From: the human T2T-CHM13v2.0 reference genome, Homo sapiens
Reading direction: 5' to 3' (one strand)
DNA length: 64,000 bases
Assembly (NCBI RefSeq): GCF_009914755.1
Contig: NC_060947.1
Of this stretch, positions 52,317 to 64,000 are shown one piece after another (position 1 is the first letter of the stretch; the number at the start of each line of letters is the position of its first letter). The notes beneath the pieces are model-generated. The model had not been told where the DNA came from. It made no database searches and saw only the letters and a program-made list of their open reading frames with translations. Made by a program: the position numbers and the translations under genes.

Positions 52317-54354
52317 AGGGCTGCCTATTTTAAGACTGACTATCCCCTTTGCCTCCATAAAGACATTTAAGAAGATAGTCTGGGCTCCCAGTTTCTGGGA
52401 TCTCTATGATGAGAAGCTTCCTGAGATCTCATTGTCTGGGCCATTCATTCTGTGGAAATGTTTCTGCAGCAGCAGAGACCCCGGAGGTCAGCTTTACTCC
52501 CTATTTTTCCAAGGCATATGGCCACACCAGTTCTGGCCCACCAGGGTAAGGATATTCACTTACATGTAAGTCAGTGGTCATAGGCCATTTTATGAAACCA
52601 AATAATGTAAGGGTTTGCCCAATAGCTTTCTTTTCCATCTTCTTTTTTTCTTCCGTTTATATTTCCTTTTTCTCCTTTTCAACTTTCCTCTGCTACTTTT
52701 CTTTCTCCTTTTCACTTGGTTACATCTTTTTAAATTTTATAATTGACCAATCTTCATTAAATTAGTAATTAAATTATCTTTCCATAATTTAATCGAATAA
52801 TAAATATCTAAATAATTAATTTAATTTAATATCTTCAGGTAATTTTCTCTAGTCTTTCTCCTATAAATTTCTTTTTTGTTCATTCTCTCTACACTGTCAG
52901 ACTTATAATCAAACTTTAAACTTCAAATCCCTAACCTACCAGGTCAACAGAGGAACCATTATAAGTTTTGAGCACTACGAATTCAAAAATGTAATGCAGT
53001 TAGAAGATGGAATCTGCTATCAGCATGTAATTATAACTTTTCAGAATCCATGTATTTTCTCTAATAAGAACAATCAGATTTGGAATCTATAAACTGGCCC
53101 TGACTCTGGTACAGTTTAGGCCTCAGACACAGGAAGGCCATGACGGAGCCCAAGATCCTAGGAATGGTCCTGGATTGCAGAGGCTCTGCTGGGGCTCACA
53201 CAAGGATCACATTGGAAGTATCTTGATGACTAAGCAAAGATACAGGCAGCTGTCACTTTGATGTTAAAGAAACAATTACCTCCTGATCGAATAAATGCAG
53301 TCTGTGTTGAATTAGTGGAAGGATTATAGGATGTAAGAAAGAAGACAGAGAAGATGGATTAAATACTAAAGCTTTTCTGTCTGGGAGAAAAGAAAAACAT
53401 ACTGAGAACCATTAGTCTATTAAAGTCTTATAACTATGGGGTATAGAGGGCATTGGGAGTATATGGGATCACTCTCTCTTCGAAAATTTGGAGACTATAA
53501 CCCAGAATTCTGCATCATTGTGGGCAGCCACAGGTGCAACCAGATACTCCAGATACTTCCATCATTATGGGCCTTCCTTTTATTTACCTTTCTTTTCCTT
53601 ACGAGACTGGATATTTTCAGCTCTGTCCCAAATTAGGCAGTAGAATAGGTTTTTTTAAATTACTTTATAATGTACAAAGCACTTTCATGTCCATTGTCTA
53701 ATTTAATTTACACAACTATGATTAAGAAAAATGTATATAAATATTCTGCTTTTTCATTTTATACACAAAGAGACTGGCTAATAGGTTAAATAACTTACAG
53801 TTAGAAAGTGATGGAGGTAACACCTGCCAATTCTAAATCCATTTCTTTTTAAATTTTCCCATGTTGTTCACTCTTACATGACTGTGAGTCAGTCAGGTTT
53901 TTCTTAACGAGTTTTTGAAAGGGATAAATTAGACTAAATCAATGATTTTCAACCTAGGGAATTTTTTAAGACTCCTAGTCTTATGCCAAATCCATTGTAT
54001 AAAAATTCCAAATAATTCTGATAATACAGGTTTAAGATCTATTGGTCTTTTATCAGTCATCTTCAGTCTGAGATAAGCATACCCCTTTGAATATATGAAG
54101 AATTTCCATGATGCACAGAGGCATTATTTTTTAAAAATCAAATTTCAACTCCTCGACTTTTATATGTATTTTCTCCTAAAGTCAATCTGACTTTAGCAGA
54201 TGTGCTTTGGGCAATCTCCTTTCCCATGTCTCCTTTGTCTCCTTTCACTGTCATGCATTCCCCACTTTGTAAGAGTCATACTCTTGCACATTGCCTTGAA
54301 GTATGAAAACCTCTGACAGACAAATTCAAAGGGATAATTCAAAATAACAGCTTT

Positions 54355-54972
54355 GCTAAAGATACAATTACCGTTAGATCCAGCAATCCCATTACTGGAT
54401 ATTTACCCAAAGGAAAATAGTATATCAAAGAGATAGTTACACTGACATGTTTATTGTAGCACTATTCACAATAGCAAAGATATGGAATCAACCTAAGTAT
54501 CCAACAAAGGATGAATGGATAAAGAAGATGTGGTATATATACACAATGGAATATTATTCAGCCATATAAAAAATGAAATCATGTCATTTGCAGCAACATG
54601 GTTGGAACTGGAAGTCATTATCTTAAGTGAAATAAGCCAGGCACAAAAAAAACAAGTATCACATGTTCTCACGTATATATGGGAGCTAAAAATTTGAACA
54701 CATGGAGGCAGAGAGTGGAAAGACAGGTAGCAGAGACTTGGAAGGGTAAGTGTGGGGAATGGGGAGGATGAAGAGAAGTGGGTTAAGGGATACAAACATA
54801 CAGTAAGATAGAAGGAATTAATTCCATATTTGATAGCAGAAGAGAATGACTATACTTAAAAAATATATTGTACATGAGTGATGGACACCCTAAATACCCT
54901 GACTTGATCACTATGGATTATATACATAAAAAAAATGTTCATGTGCCCCATAATTTTGCACAAATAAAAAAT
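54355..54972 (+). mobile_element. L1MA 3' end
   Basis: gatccagcaatcccattactgg; [25 protein letters not shown]; 3'UTR ccctaaataccctgacttgatca. Confidence 0.85.
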
Positions 54973-56182
54973 TAATGGTTTTGTTAAAGTCTCCATTAAC
55001 TCAAGCTCTGTAATTCACTTTTAATCCAACCTTCTAAGAAATACGTTTCTAATAAAAGTTTTTTTGTAATAATTATATAAAAATTTATAATACATATATT
55101 TTTATCAGTTGTGAATTAATAATAACAATGACAGGTCAAAATAAAACATTTAACACGTAAAGTCTTATAGTCACAAAGTTTTAAAAAGGTATATTCAATA
55201 TTAATTTTTGAGAAATATGATAGCATGATCAATAAAAAACTTTCAAAAATAAAAATATGTTACATTAGGAAAAAACTGTGTGAGAAAAGTGGAATGGAAA
55301 TATAATTTTTAAATGTAGAAGGAACAATGTATAATTTCCAACTGCTAAAGACAAGTTTATATATTTTCTATAATGGTTAATGTTAGATCTCAGATCATTA
55401 TATTGGATGCATTTAAAAGAGTGATATAAAAGTTTGTTCTTAGATATCAATATTCACAAAACACCATAAATGAAAACTGGCAAGGTAGAAATGTGGTTTG
55501 CAAATTCCCAGTCCCTGCTATTACAAAGTGGAATACAGAAGGGTGGGTGTGGAGCTGAGAGACAATAGCTAAAATCTTAATACTGGCACAGTATCAATTT
55601 AAACTTACGATGAAATTTAGATATCAAAACTTTAGATATGTTAACTTTCAAAAGTGTAAGAGAGTGCATTTTTCATCATTCTTTTGTGAGTAAATGAGAA
55701 AAGAAAGGCTTGATCACAAGTAAAGATAACCTCTCTTGTCCCTACTAGCTCTGAATTTCAAAGATTAGTTTCTTTCTTTTTTTGGTTTGTTTGTTTTCCC
55801 CTCACATCTTTCCTTCCTGTCTTATTTTTTTCCTTTTTACGTATTCTTCAAACCTGACTGTGGTGGCTGTGCACACTGGCCAGCATTACTATTGTCCCTA
55901 GGCCTAAGAAGATTGCAGATTCACACAAGATACATACTGAGGAAGTCTTAGAAGAAGAGAGGGCAGCCTGGAGCACGAAATATTGATAAGATATCGTAAG
56001 GACTCAGTATGTGTCCTTCACTTGTACACAATGAATTACTAAATATCCTCCATAAGACACCATTGTTTATAAGATGCATCACTAGTTTAAAAACAGCATT
56101 AGGGAATATATAATGAGCTACCACAATAAATATTAACATACTTTATTAAACACATCCTAATTTTATAAATGTTAAAATATGA

Positions 56183-56509
<327 letters not shown>

Positions 56510-56629
56510 TAAGGCATTGATTTAGCTGTGACTTTTACCAATCCCCAGTTAGTTAGCTAGTCAGATTTGAGTCCAAAGCTAACAATCTGATGATATTCCT
56601 CCTAGGTTAGGTAGAACAGAGGTACCTCT

Positions 56630-57395
56630 TAATATTCAATTAAGTATTTAGTTTGACTCATATTTATTGGGGGTCTGCTTTTGACCAGGCCCCCATGATA
56701 GACATAGTGTAATAGCCAGATAATGCACAGTGTAGTAATTATTTATTACATAAATTTGTCTAATATATATCAGATTTGGGCTAAGTTCTATAATAGATAT
56801 AATAAAAATGTTATGAAAACATAGGGAAAGAGATGTTTAGTTTCAACTGGAGAAATGTGGGATGGCCATATGGAAAAAATATGTCTTGAACTGGTCAGTC
56901 CTTGAATGACTAGAAGGACTTGAGGCACAGGCAGTTATAAAGGGGAAATATACACTAGGCAGATAAATGACAATGGGTAATAAAACAATGTGTCTAGGAT
57001 GTAGTATGTAAAGGTTATGTTGGGAGAAAAGATTGTAAAGTTAGCTTGGGCCCAGATGGTAGAAGGCCTTCTGTACCAAATTGTAGTTTAAAGTTTATTT
57101 GATATGTAACAAGGAGCCCTGAAATATTTTAGAGCTACACTTCAGGTTAGATTATAGTGCCATCAATGTGTAACATGGATTACAAAAGGGATAGTCTCGA
57201 GGTAGAGAGACCAGTTGGATTGAAGGGTATTGCTATAGCCCTGATGTGAGTAAATTGGAACTCACAGTGGGGTACATGTATCACATTATTAGGCTAGATA
57301 GGATTTGACAGTTGATTAGCTATGGGAAGAAGGTGGTAGCTGAGATTTGGAGCATGAGTAACTAAGAGGAGGGTGATACCATTAATAGAAATCTC
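56630..57395 (-). mobile_element. L2 remnant (approximate)
   Basis: catatttattggg...ccaggc; purine-rich decayed L2-type sequence. Confidence 0.5.
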
Positions 57396-57623
57396 TTAGA
57401 GTTTTGCCATTTTGAAACCTAGTTTAACTCAATCTCTTAGGAATGTTGGTTATTGCCGTTTTTATTCTGATCATGACCCAGGATTTCAATAACCATAAAG
57501 GATGAATTGCTGGAAATTCTCGTTCCTTTGATAGTAAATATAAAGATTAAAGCTGGTTCAGCCTTAGTAGCAAATTCATGGTGCCCTTTTTAATACATTT
57601 TCCTGAATCCTTTGGGAATTTGG

Positions 57624-57628
<5 letters not shown>

Positions 57629-57657
<29 letters not shown>
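57629..57657. repeat. (TG)14 microsatellite in intron 48
   Basis: Direct read. Confidence 0.95.
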
Positions 57658-57659
<2 letters not shown>

Positions 57660-58273
57660 AATTTTGTCAGTCCCAACTCTTGGGAGTAAAAGCTTGTCTA
57701 AATGTATTAACTATTTTGTTAGGTAAACTGCAAAACTGGCCTCAGTAATATGTCAAGAGGTCCACTCATGTTTTTTATTAAAGATATGGAAGTCTCAGCT
57801 ATATTCATTCTGTTGCTATCTTACTTGATTTTATAGATTTCAGCCACATCTCCAAGTGCCTGGGTACCTGCCCAGCATTCTGGATATGGTGTACTTCTCC
57901 AGATATAGTCAAATGTTTATAAATGTCCTTTGGACCAAGAATAATGAGTAGAGATTGAGAAAGCGTCCGTTTCTTATATTTTCCAGTCTTTCTGACATTG
58001 TTCTTACCACAGTTTCAGCATTACTAAATGTCTCCCCTCCAATTGAGTACTTTGACAACAAGTAGTATGTGCAATACACCAAACCAAACTCTTACGGCAA
58101 TTGAGGCATTGACTATAGCAAGTATGAATAGACATTTAGGGCATAATGGAATATTAAAAGGCCATTGCACTGGTTCTGCAGTTTTTTGAAAAAAGTTTAC
58201 AGTTTATTATGTATACTGGGAGACAATACTTAGCAAATGCAATCCTCAAAGTGCATTTTTTCACCTTTTGTGA

Positions 58274-58540
<267 letters not shown>

Positions 58541-58849
58541 TGACTGTCCATTCCATCTACATTTCTTCCCAATATGAGGAATCCCTGTCATTTGCATAAT
58601 AAGAAGCTTAAACTTCAAACAGCTTCTATCCAAGCACTGTGTTCCCCCTCACACATTTTTTGTAACATATTTTCATAATCTGCCTATTACTTTTTTTTGA
58701 CTACCCTTGGTGTGGATACTATTGTCTTACCTCTGGGCCTGTTCCTTCACTAGATTTGAATTTGGCCAAGCTCAGCACACATCTTTGGATATTCACTAAG
58801 CTATTATGGCACATGGGTATTGCGGCACATTTTTCCTTGTCTTTTATAG

Positions 58850-59023
<174 letters not shown>

Positions 59024-59856
59024 TAAAGTGCTTATAGCTTTAATTCAGGTCCAAAGCTTCCTTCAGAGATGCTAGGGAAGAAAGAGACAATTTATGGATG
59101 GTTTATCCTCAACAAATGTTAGGAATTTATTGGATTGTGTACTTTATTCTTGCTTGTTCTTCTCATATACATGACTCAGGTCAGAAAAACAGACTTGATT
59201 ATTAATATTAGGTGAGTTTGGTTTGTGATAGCTTAGTAGTAATCCTTCAATAATGAAACAGAGATAAAGAAAGGTTATGTGACCTTCCTAATAAGTCAGC
59301 AGCTGTTCAACTAGATTGAGACCACCCCAGGAATTGAAGTTACAGTCTGTCTTTTCCCTCTCAGTCCAGTGGTCTCCTTTCCCAGGATATTTTAAAGATT
59401 CTCATTTAAGGGTTTGAATGAGCAAGACATACGTAATGTATGTACCTCAGGATACTTCATTCTGTTGATTTTTTTCAGTTTAAATTTATTTTTATGTGTT
59501 GCTTTTGGGTTATCACTACTTGGTATTTTTCTTATGGTCCTTGTTATCTATCATAACATCATCAGTTGCCCAGATTTCCCTCATCCTGTGAATATTAGAA
59601 AAATGTATGAGAGAAAGAGAAAAAGATAGAAAATGAGAGGGAAACACAAATATACAAAGATAATAGTGGTGGGGAGAATCGTTACAAAATATCTATGACC
59701 ACTAATGGCTCTTAAACCATACTAGTCACTGCATTAGATCATATTGCTGAAAAGTAAACCATTAAGTCACCAAGAGAGCTACTTAACACACAAAAAATGT
59801 TTAGTTATAAATTTGAACCAGTAACAGAATTGAAATACCAGAAAATGTGGATCTGA

Positions 59857-59961
<105 letters not shown>

Positions 59962-60066
59962 CATTTTGAAGAATTCCTTTTGTGTTTTAAAATGTGATAT
60001 ATATATATATAAAATTCCTAGGATGCAGTGTCTCATTGTCCCCAACTTTACTACTGCTGCCGTCAA

Positions 60067-60074
60067 TGGTGCTA
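60067..60074 (+). promoter_or_regulatory. miR-29 8mer seed site (second 7mer-A1 site at 60349-60355)
   Basis: TGGTGCTA and GGTGCTA in the 3'UTR; the miR-29 family is an established regulator of collagen mRNAs. Confidence 0.75.
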
Positions 60075-61104
60075 CTATATATGATCAAGATAACATGCTG
60101 ACTAGTAACCATGAAGATTCAGATGTACCTCAGCAATGCGCCAGAGCAAAGTCTCTATTATTTTTCTACTAAAGAAATAAGGAAGTGAATTTACTTTTTG
60201 GGTCCAGAATGACTTTCTCCAAGAATTATAAGATGAAAATTATATATTTTGCCCAGTTACTAAAATGGTACATTAAAAATTCAATTAAGAGAAGAGTCAC
60301 ATTGAGTAAAATAAAAGACTGCAGTTTGTGGGAAGAATTATTTTTCACGGTGCTACTAATCCTGCTGTATCCCGGGTTTTTAATATAAAGGTGTTAAGCT
60401 TATTTTGCTTTGTAAGTAAAGAATGTGTATATTGTGAACAGCCTTTTAGCTCAAAATGTTGAGTCATTTACATATGACATAGCATGAATCACTCTTTACA
60501 GAAAATGTAGGAAACCCTAGAATACAGACAGCAATATTTTATATTCATGTTTATCAAAGTGAGAGGACTTATATTCCTACATCAAGTTACTACTGAGAGT
60601 AAATTTATTTTGAGTTTTATCCCGTAAGTTCTGTTTTGATTTTTTTTAAAAAACAAACCCTTTTAGTCACTTTAATCAGAATTTTAAATGTTCATGTTAC
60701 ATACCAAATTATAATATCTAATGGAGCAATTTGTCTTTTGCTATATTCTCCAAGATTATCTCTTAAGACCATATGCCCCCTGTTTTAATGTTTCTTACAT
60801 CTTGTTTTTACTCATTTCTGACTGGACAAAGTTCTTCCAAACAATTCTGAGAAACAAAAACACACACGCAGAATTAACAATTCTTTTCCCTGTGCTTCTT
60901 ATGTAAGAATCCTCCTGTGGCCTCTGCTTGTACAGAACTGGGAAACAACACTTGGTTAGTCTCTTTTAAGTTACAAAAAGCCAATTGATGTTTCTTATTC
61001 TTTTTAAATTTTAAATATTTTGTTATAAATACTCACAGGATACCTTATTTCCCTAGCTATCATCTCCTGACTTAATGTTTTTTAAACCCACCAATATAAA
61101 TTTA

Positions 61105-61110
61105 ATTAAA
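61105..61110 (+). terminator. Polyadenylation signal ATTAAA
   Basis: ATTAAA followed ~20 nt later by GU-rich tggtctgttgtgt. Confidence 0.75.
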
Positions 61111-61921
61111 GATATATGTTGTAAGGATGGTCTGTTGTGTATCTCTTCAGCCTGTGTGGAAAAAACCCCTGCTCATTTACAGATAGATTACCAATCTGCA
61201 CATCAACAAGTCATCTCTTCCCAGGGAATCAGTTTCTCCACGCTTTGATCACTCTGTTAGTAGATAGAAAACATATAGTAATGTAAACTTTTTCCAATGA
61301 AGAAAACTACCTATTGGAAGACATTTCCAAGATAATAAATTTCTTGACAACATTGTGTTAATGGCTAAGAAAGGAAACAACTGGCTTCTATTTGGGGAAG
61401 AATTCATTAATAATGTTTAAAGCAGGTTAGTGACCTAATATTCTTAATGATTAAGAATGAACACGCATAGTTCTCTAAAATAGTCAAGGACTGGTTAAAA
61501 ATAAAATATTAAAAACTTCCATAGTAAAATTTGTGTTACAGCTAAAAGATAAAACAACCAAAACAATTTTGAGTATTCTAAATCCTAATATGGACCTATG
61601 TAAAATCTAAAGCTTAGAATCTCTGGTGGTAAAACTTAGGATCCAAACAATGATAACTATCTAATTATTTTATTGATTCTGGATAGCCACCAATCGCAAA
61701 TTTTAGCTCTATTTTTTCATTTAGTCCCATGCATAAAGTCAGTAATGAGTAATTGTAACTGAAAACACCATATCACAGCCCCACAGATTCTTCTACATGG
61801 TGTACACTCAAAGGTGCCCCTTCTGTTATAGTCGCAAACACTAATTCCAGAGATTTTGCTTTTTGTAGCTTTCCCTCTCATTTATAGCTGGTTGAAAGCC
61901 TTGGCCCAAAAAGAACCTCCT

Positions 61922-62252
61922 TTGTTTGTTTGTTTGTTTTGTTTTGTTTTGTTTTGTTTTGTTTTGTTTTGAGACAGTCTCCTCTGTCACCCAGGCTGGA
62001 GTGCAATGGCGTGATCTCGGCTCACTGCAACATCCACCTCCTGGGTTCAAGGCGATTCTCCCACCTCAGCCTCCAGACTAGCTGGAACTACAGGTGCATA
62101 CCACCACGCCCGGCTAATTTTTTGTATTTTTAGTAGAGACGGGGTTTCACCATGTTGCCCAGGCTGGTCTTGAACTCCTGAACTCAAGCGATCTGCCTGC
62201 CTCGGCCTCCCAGAGTGCTGAGATTACAGGTGTGAGACACCACGCCCATCCC
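61922..62252 (-). mobile_element. AluS with (TTTG)n/(TTTTG)n tail
   Basis: TSD agaacctcct on both sides. Confidence 0.95.
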
Positions 62253-62453
62253 AGAACCTCCTAATTTTTAAATTGTTGCATGTGCAGCTAGTCTATGTGT
62301 TTCTTAAATCTCCTAACTATTCCTAGCCCTGCTTTGTTGTTTGAAGTACACAAATTCATTCCAGGACATTAATATTGTTAACCCTCTCTTGCCATGAATT
62401 ATTCAAAGATTAATCTAGCTGCTCTACTAGTTACCTATGGTGAGTTTTTTGTG

Positions 62454-62484
<31 letters not shown>

Positions 62485-62711
62485 TTTTTGCTTTTTTATC
62501 ATCTGTGAAATTTCCAGAAGTACTATGGTAAGTTTTACAGTCATACACAATTAATAGCTTTCTCACATTGGCAGGAAATGAATGAACTATTCTGCTTAAT
62601 CAGATAGTTTGACTACCAAATATTTATGTGTACCAAATGTGGTTTTACCAGTTAATGAATCTTTCGTGATTCAGATGTTACTTAAGGACCAAATCCTAGT
62701 ATTTTATAGCT

Positions 62712-62716
<5 letters not shown>

Positions 62717-62757
<41 letters not shown>
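62717..62757. repeat. (TG)20 microsatellite followed by CA/TA-rich low-complexity sequence to ~62890
   Basis: Direct read. Confidence 0.95.
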
Positions 62758-62759
<2 letters not shown>

Positions 62760-63347
62760 CCACACACACGTGCACATGTATCTTCAGAAAAATTGAGGTC
62801 TATATGAATAACTTCCATTATATATATATTACGTAATATATATATACACACACACACATATGGATAAGTGTATACACACACATGTGTTGTGTAAGAAAGT
62901 AGACATTCCAATTATTTTTATAGCTTATTGGCCTGATCTTTGCTATGTTGGTGTCACACTCATTGCTTCCAAAGGAGGTTGTATTGGACACCTTGTGATT
63001 GTATGATGTTTTTTCCCACCCATCCAAATTTGAACAACACTTTTTCATTCTTGTAGTGGCAATAAGGTTCTTTGCCTCAATGTCATGCCAAGCCATCAAA
63101 TGCTTATTCAGAAGTTAATCACAAGAGGGCACTATTGCCTATAAAAATGAATCAGCATGTGTAATGATTTGAGCTCATTGGTGGTGGTGGTAGGGTTGTC
63201 TAAAGTCCTGTCTCTAGATTCCCTGTTTTAAGTTTCATTTATTCTTTCAGCCTCATAAAAATCATTAGCAAGTACTTGAAGAGGTGGCCTAGTTTCCCAA
63301 TGTCTGCATCCAAAACGAAGAGAACAGCTTTGCTGTCAAAGATTCTC

Positions 63348-63562
63348 TTTTGTTTTTTTGTTTGTTTGTTTTTGAGACGGAGTTTTGCTCTTGTTGCCCA
63401 GGCTGGAGTACAATGGCACGATCTCGGCTCACTGCAACCTCTGCCTCCTGGGTTCAGCGATTCTCCTGCCTCAGCCTCCAGAGTAGCTGGGATTACAGGC
63501 ATGTGCCACCACACCTGGCTAATTTTGTATTTTTAGTAGAGACGGGGTTTCTTCATGTTGGT
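63348..63562 (-). mobile_element. 5'-truncated AluS
   Basis: Antisense Alu ending in the left arm; TSD agattctctt on both sides. Confidence 0.92.
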
Positions 63563-64000
63563 TAGATTCTCTTCTTAAGAGCCTGATTAACAGTTGGTTC
63601 TGGTAGCACTTCCCATGCCTCTCAACACAGAAGCAAGGAGCAATCACTTTTGTTTGGCCGGAACTTCAGTTGGTTTCCTTGGCAGAGAAACTCAGTTCTC
63701 AGGCTGGACTATACAAACACCTTCATCCCTAGGCAGCTCCAAAATAAATTGAATAATATTTTAAAATCATGTCATTTCCATTTTAGAGCAGTGGTTTTAG
63801 AGTATATTCAGGGAGCTTGGAAAGTTTGTTTGGTGGAAATACTCCTAAGTTGGAATTGAATCCAGAGAGGCCTGTCTCCTGAGTTCTATATCAACAAATA
63901 TTGATTGGATGCTTGTTAGCTAAGGACACCATGAAGGATAGCAATCTAAAATGAACTCAACCTCAACCAGGAGAATAAGCAGTGACCATAATATAGTAAA

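Larger units (their letters stand above)
59962..61128 (+). other. COL4A5: COL4A5 3'UTR (end approximate)
   Basis: AT-rich sequence after the stop with no recognisable interspersed repeat, ending ~18 nt after ATTAAA. Confidence 0.8.

Overview
Primate (human-like) genomic DNA holding the 3' part of COL4A5 (collagen type IV alpha-5, the X-linked Alport syndrome gene) on the + strand. I traced coding exons 37-51 (classical numbering) by GT/AG boundaries and reading phase, plus the two 9-nt alternative microexons 41A and 41B, the NC1 domain, the stop codon at 59959-59961 and a ~1.17 kb 3'UTR ending near an ATTAAA signal. Almost all ORFs in the supplied track are decayed L1 ORF1/ORF2 or Alu read-through, not genes. 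I found no new gene system. The most interesting structures are: an antisense young L1 with an apparent 50-bp 3' transduction that also forms a ~2.5 kb fold-back with its host L1; two twin-primed inverted L1s; a tail-less L1 fragment plus filler replacing the middle of an MLT LTR; a Y1 RNA retropseudogene inside MER5A; a 21/23-nt element shared by both microexon acceptors; a perfect 34-bp palindrome; and two latent pseudoexons in intron 47. Repeat subfamily names come from recalled consensus sequences and need RepeatMasker/Dfam confirmation.
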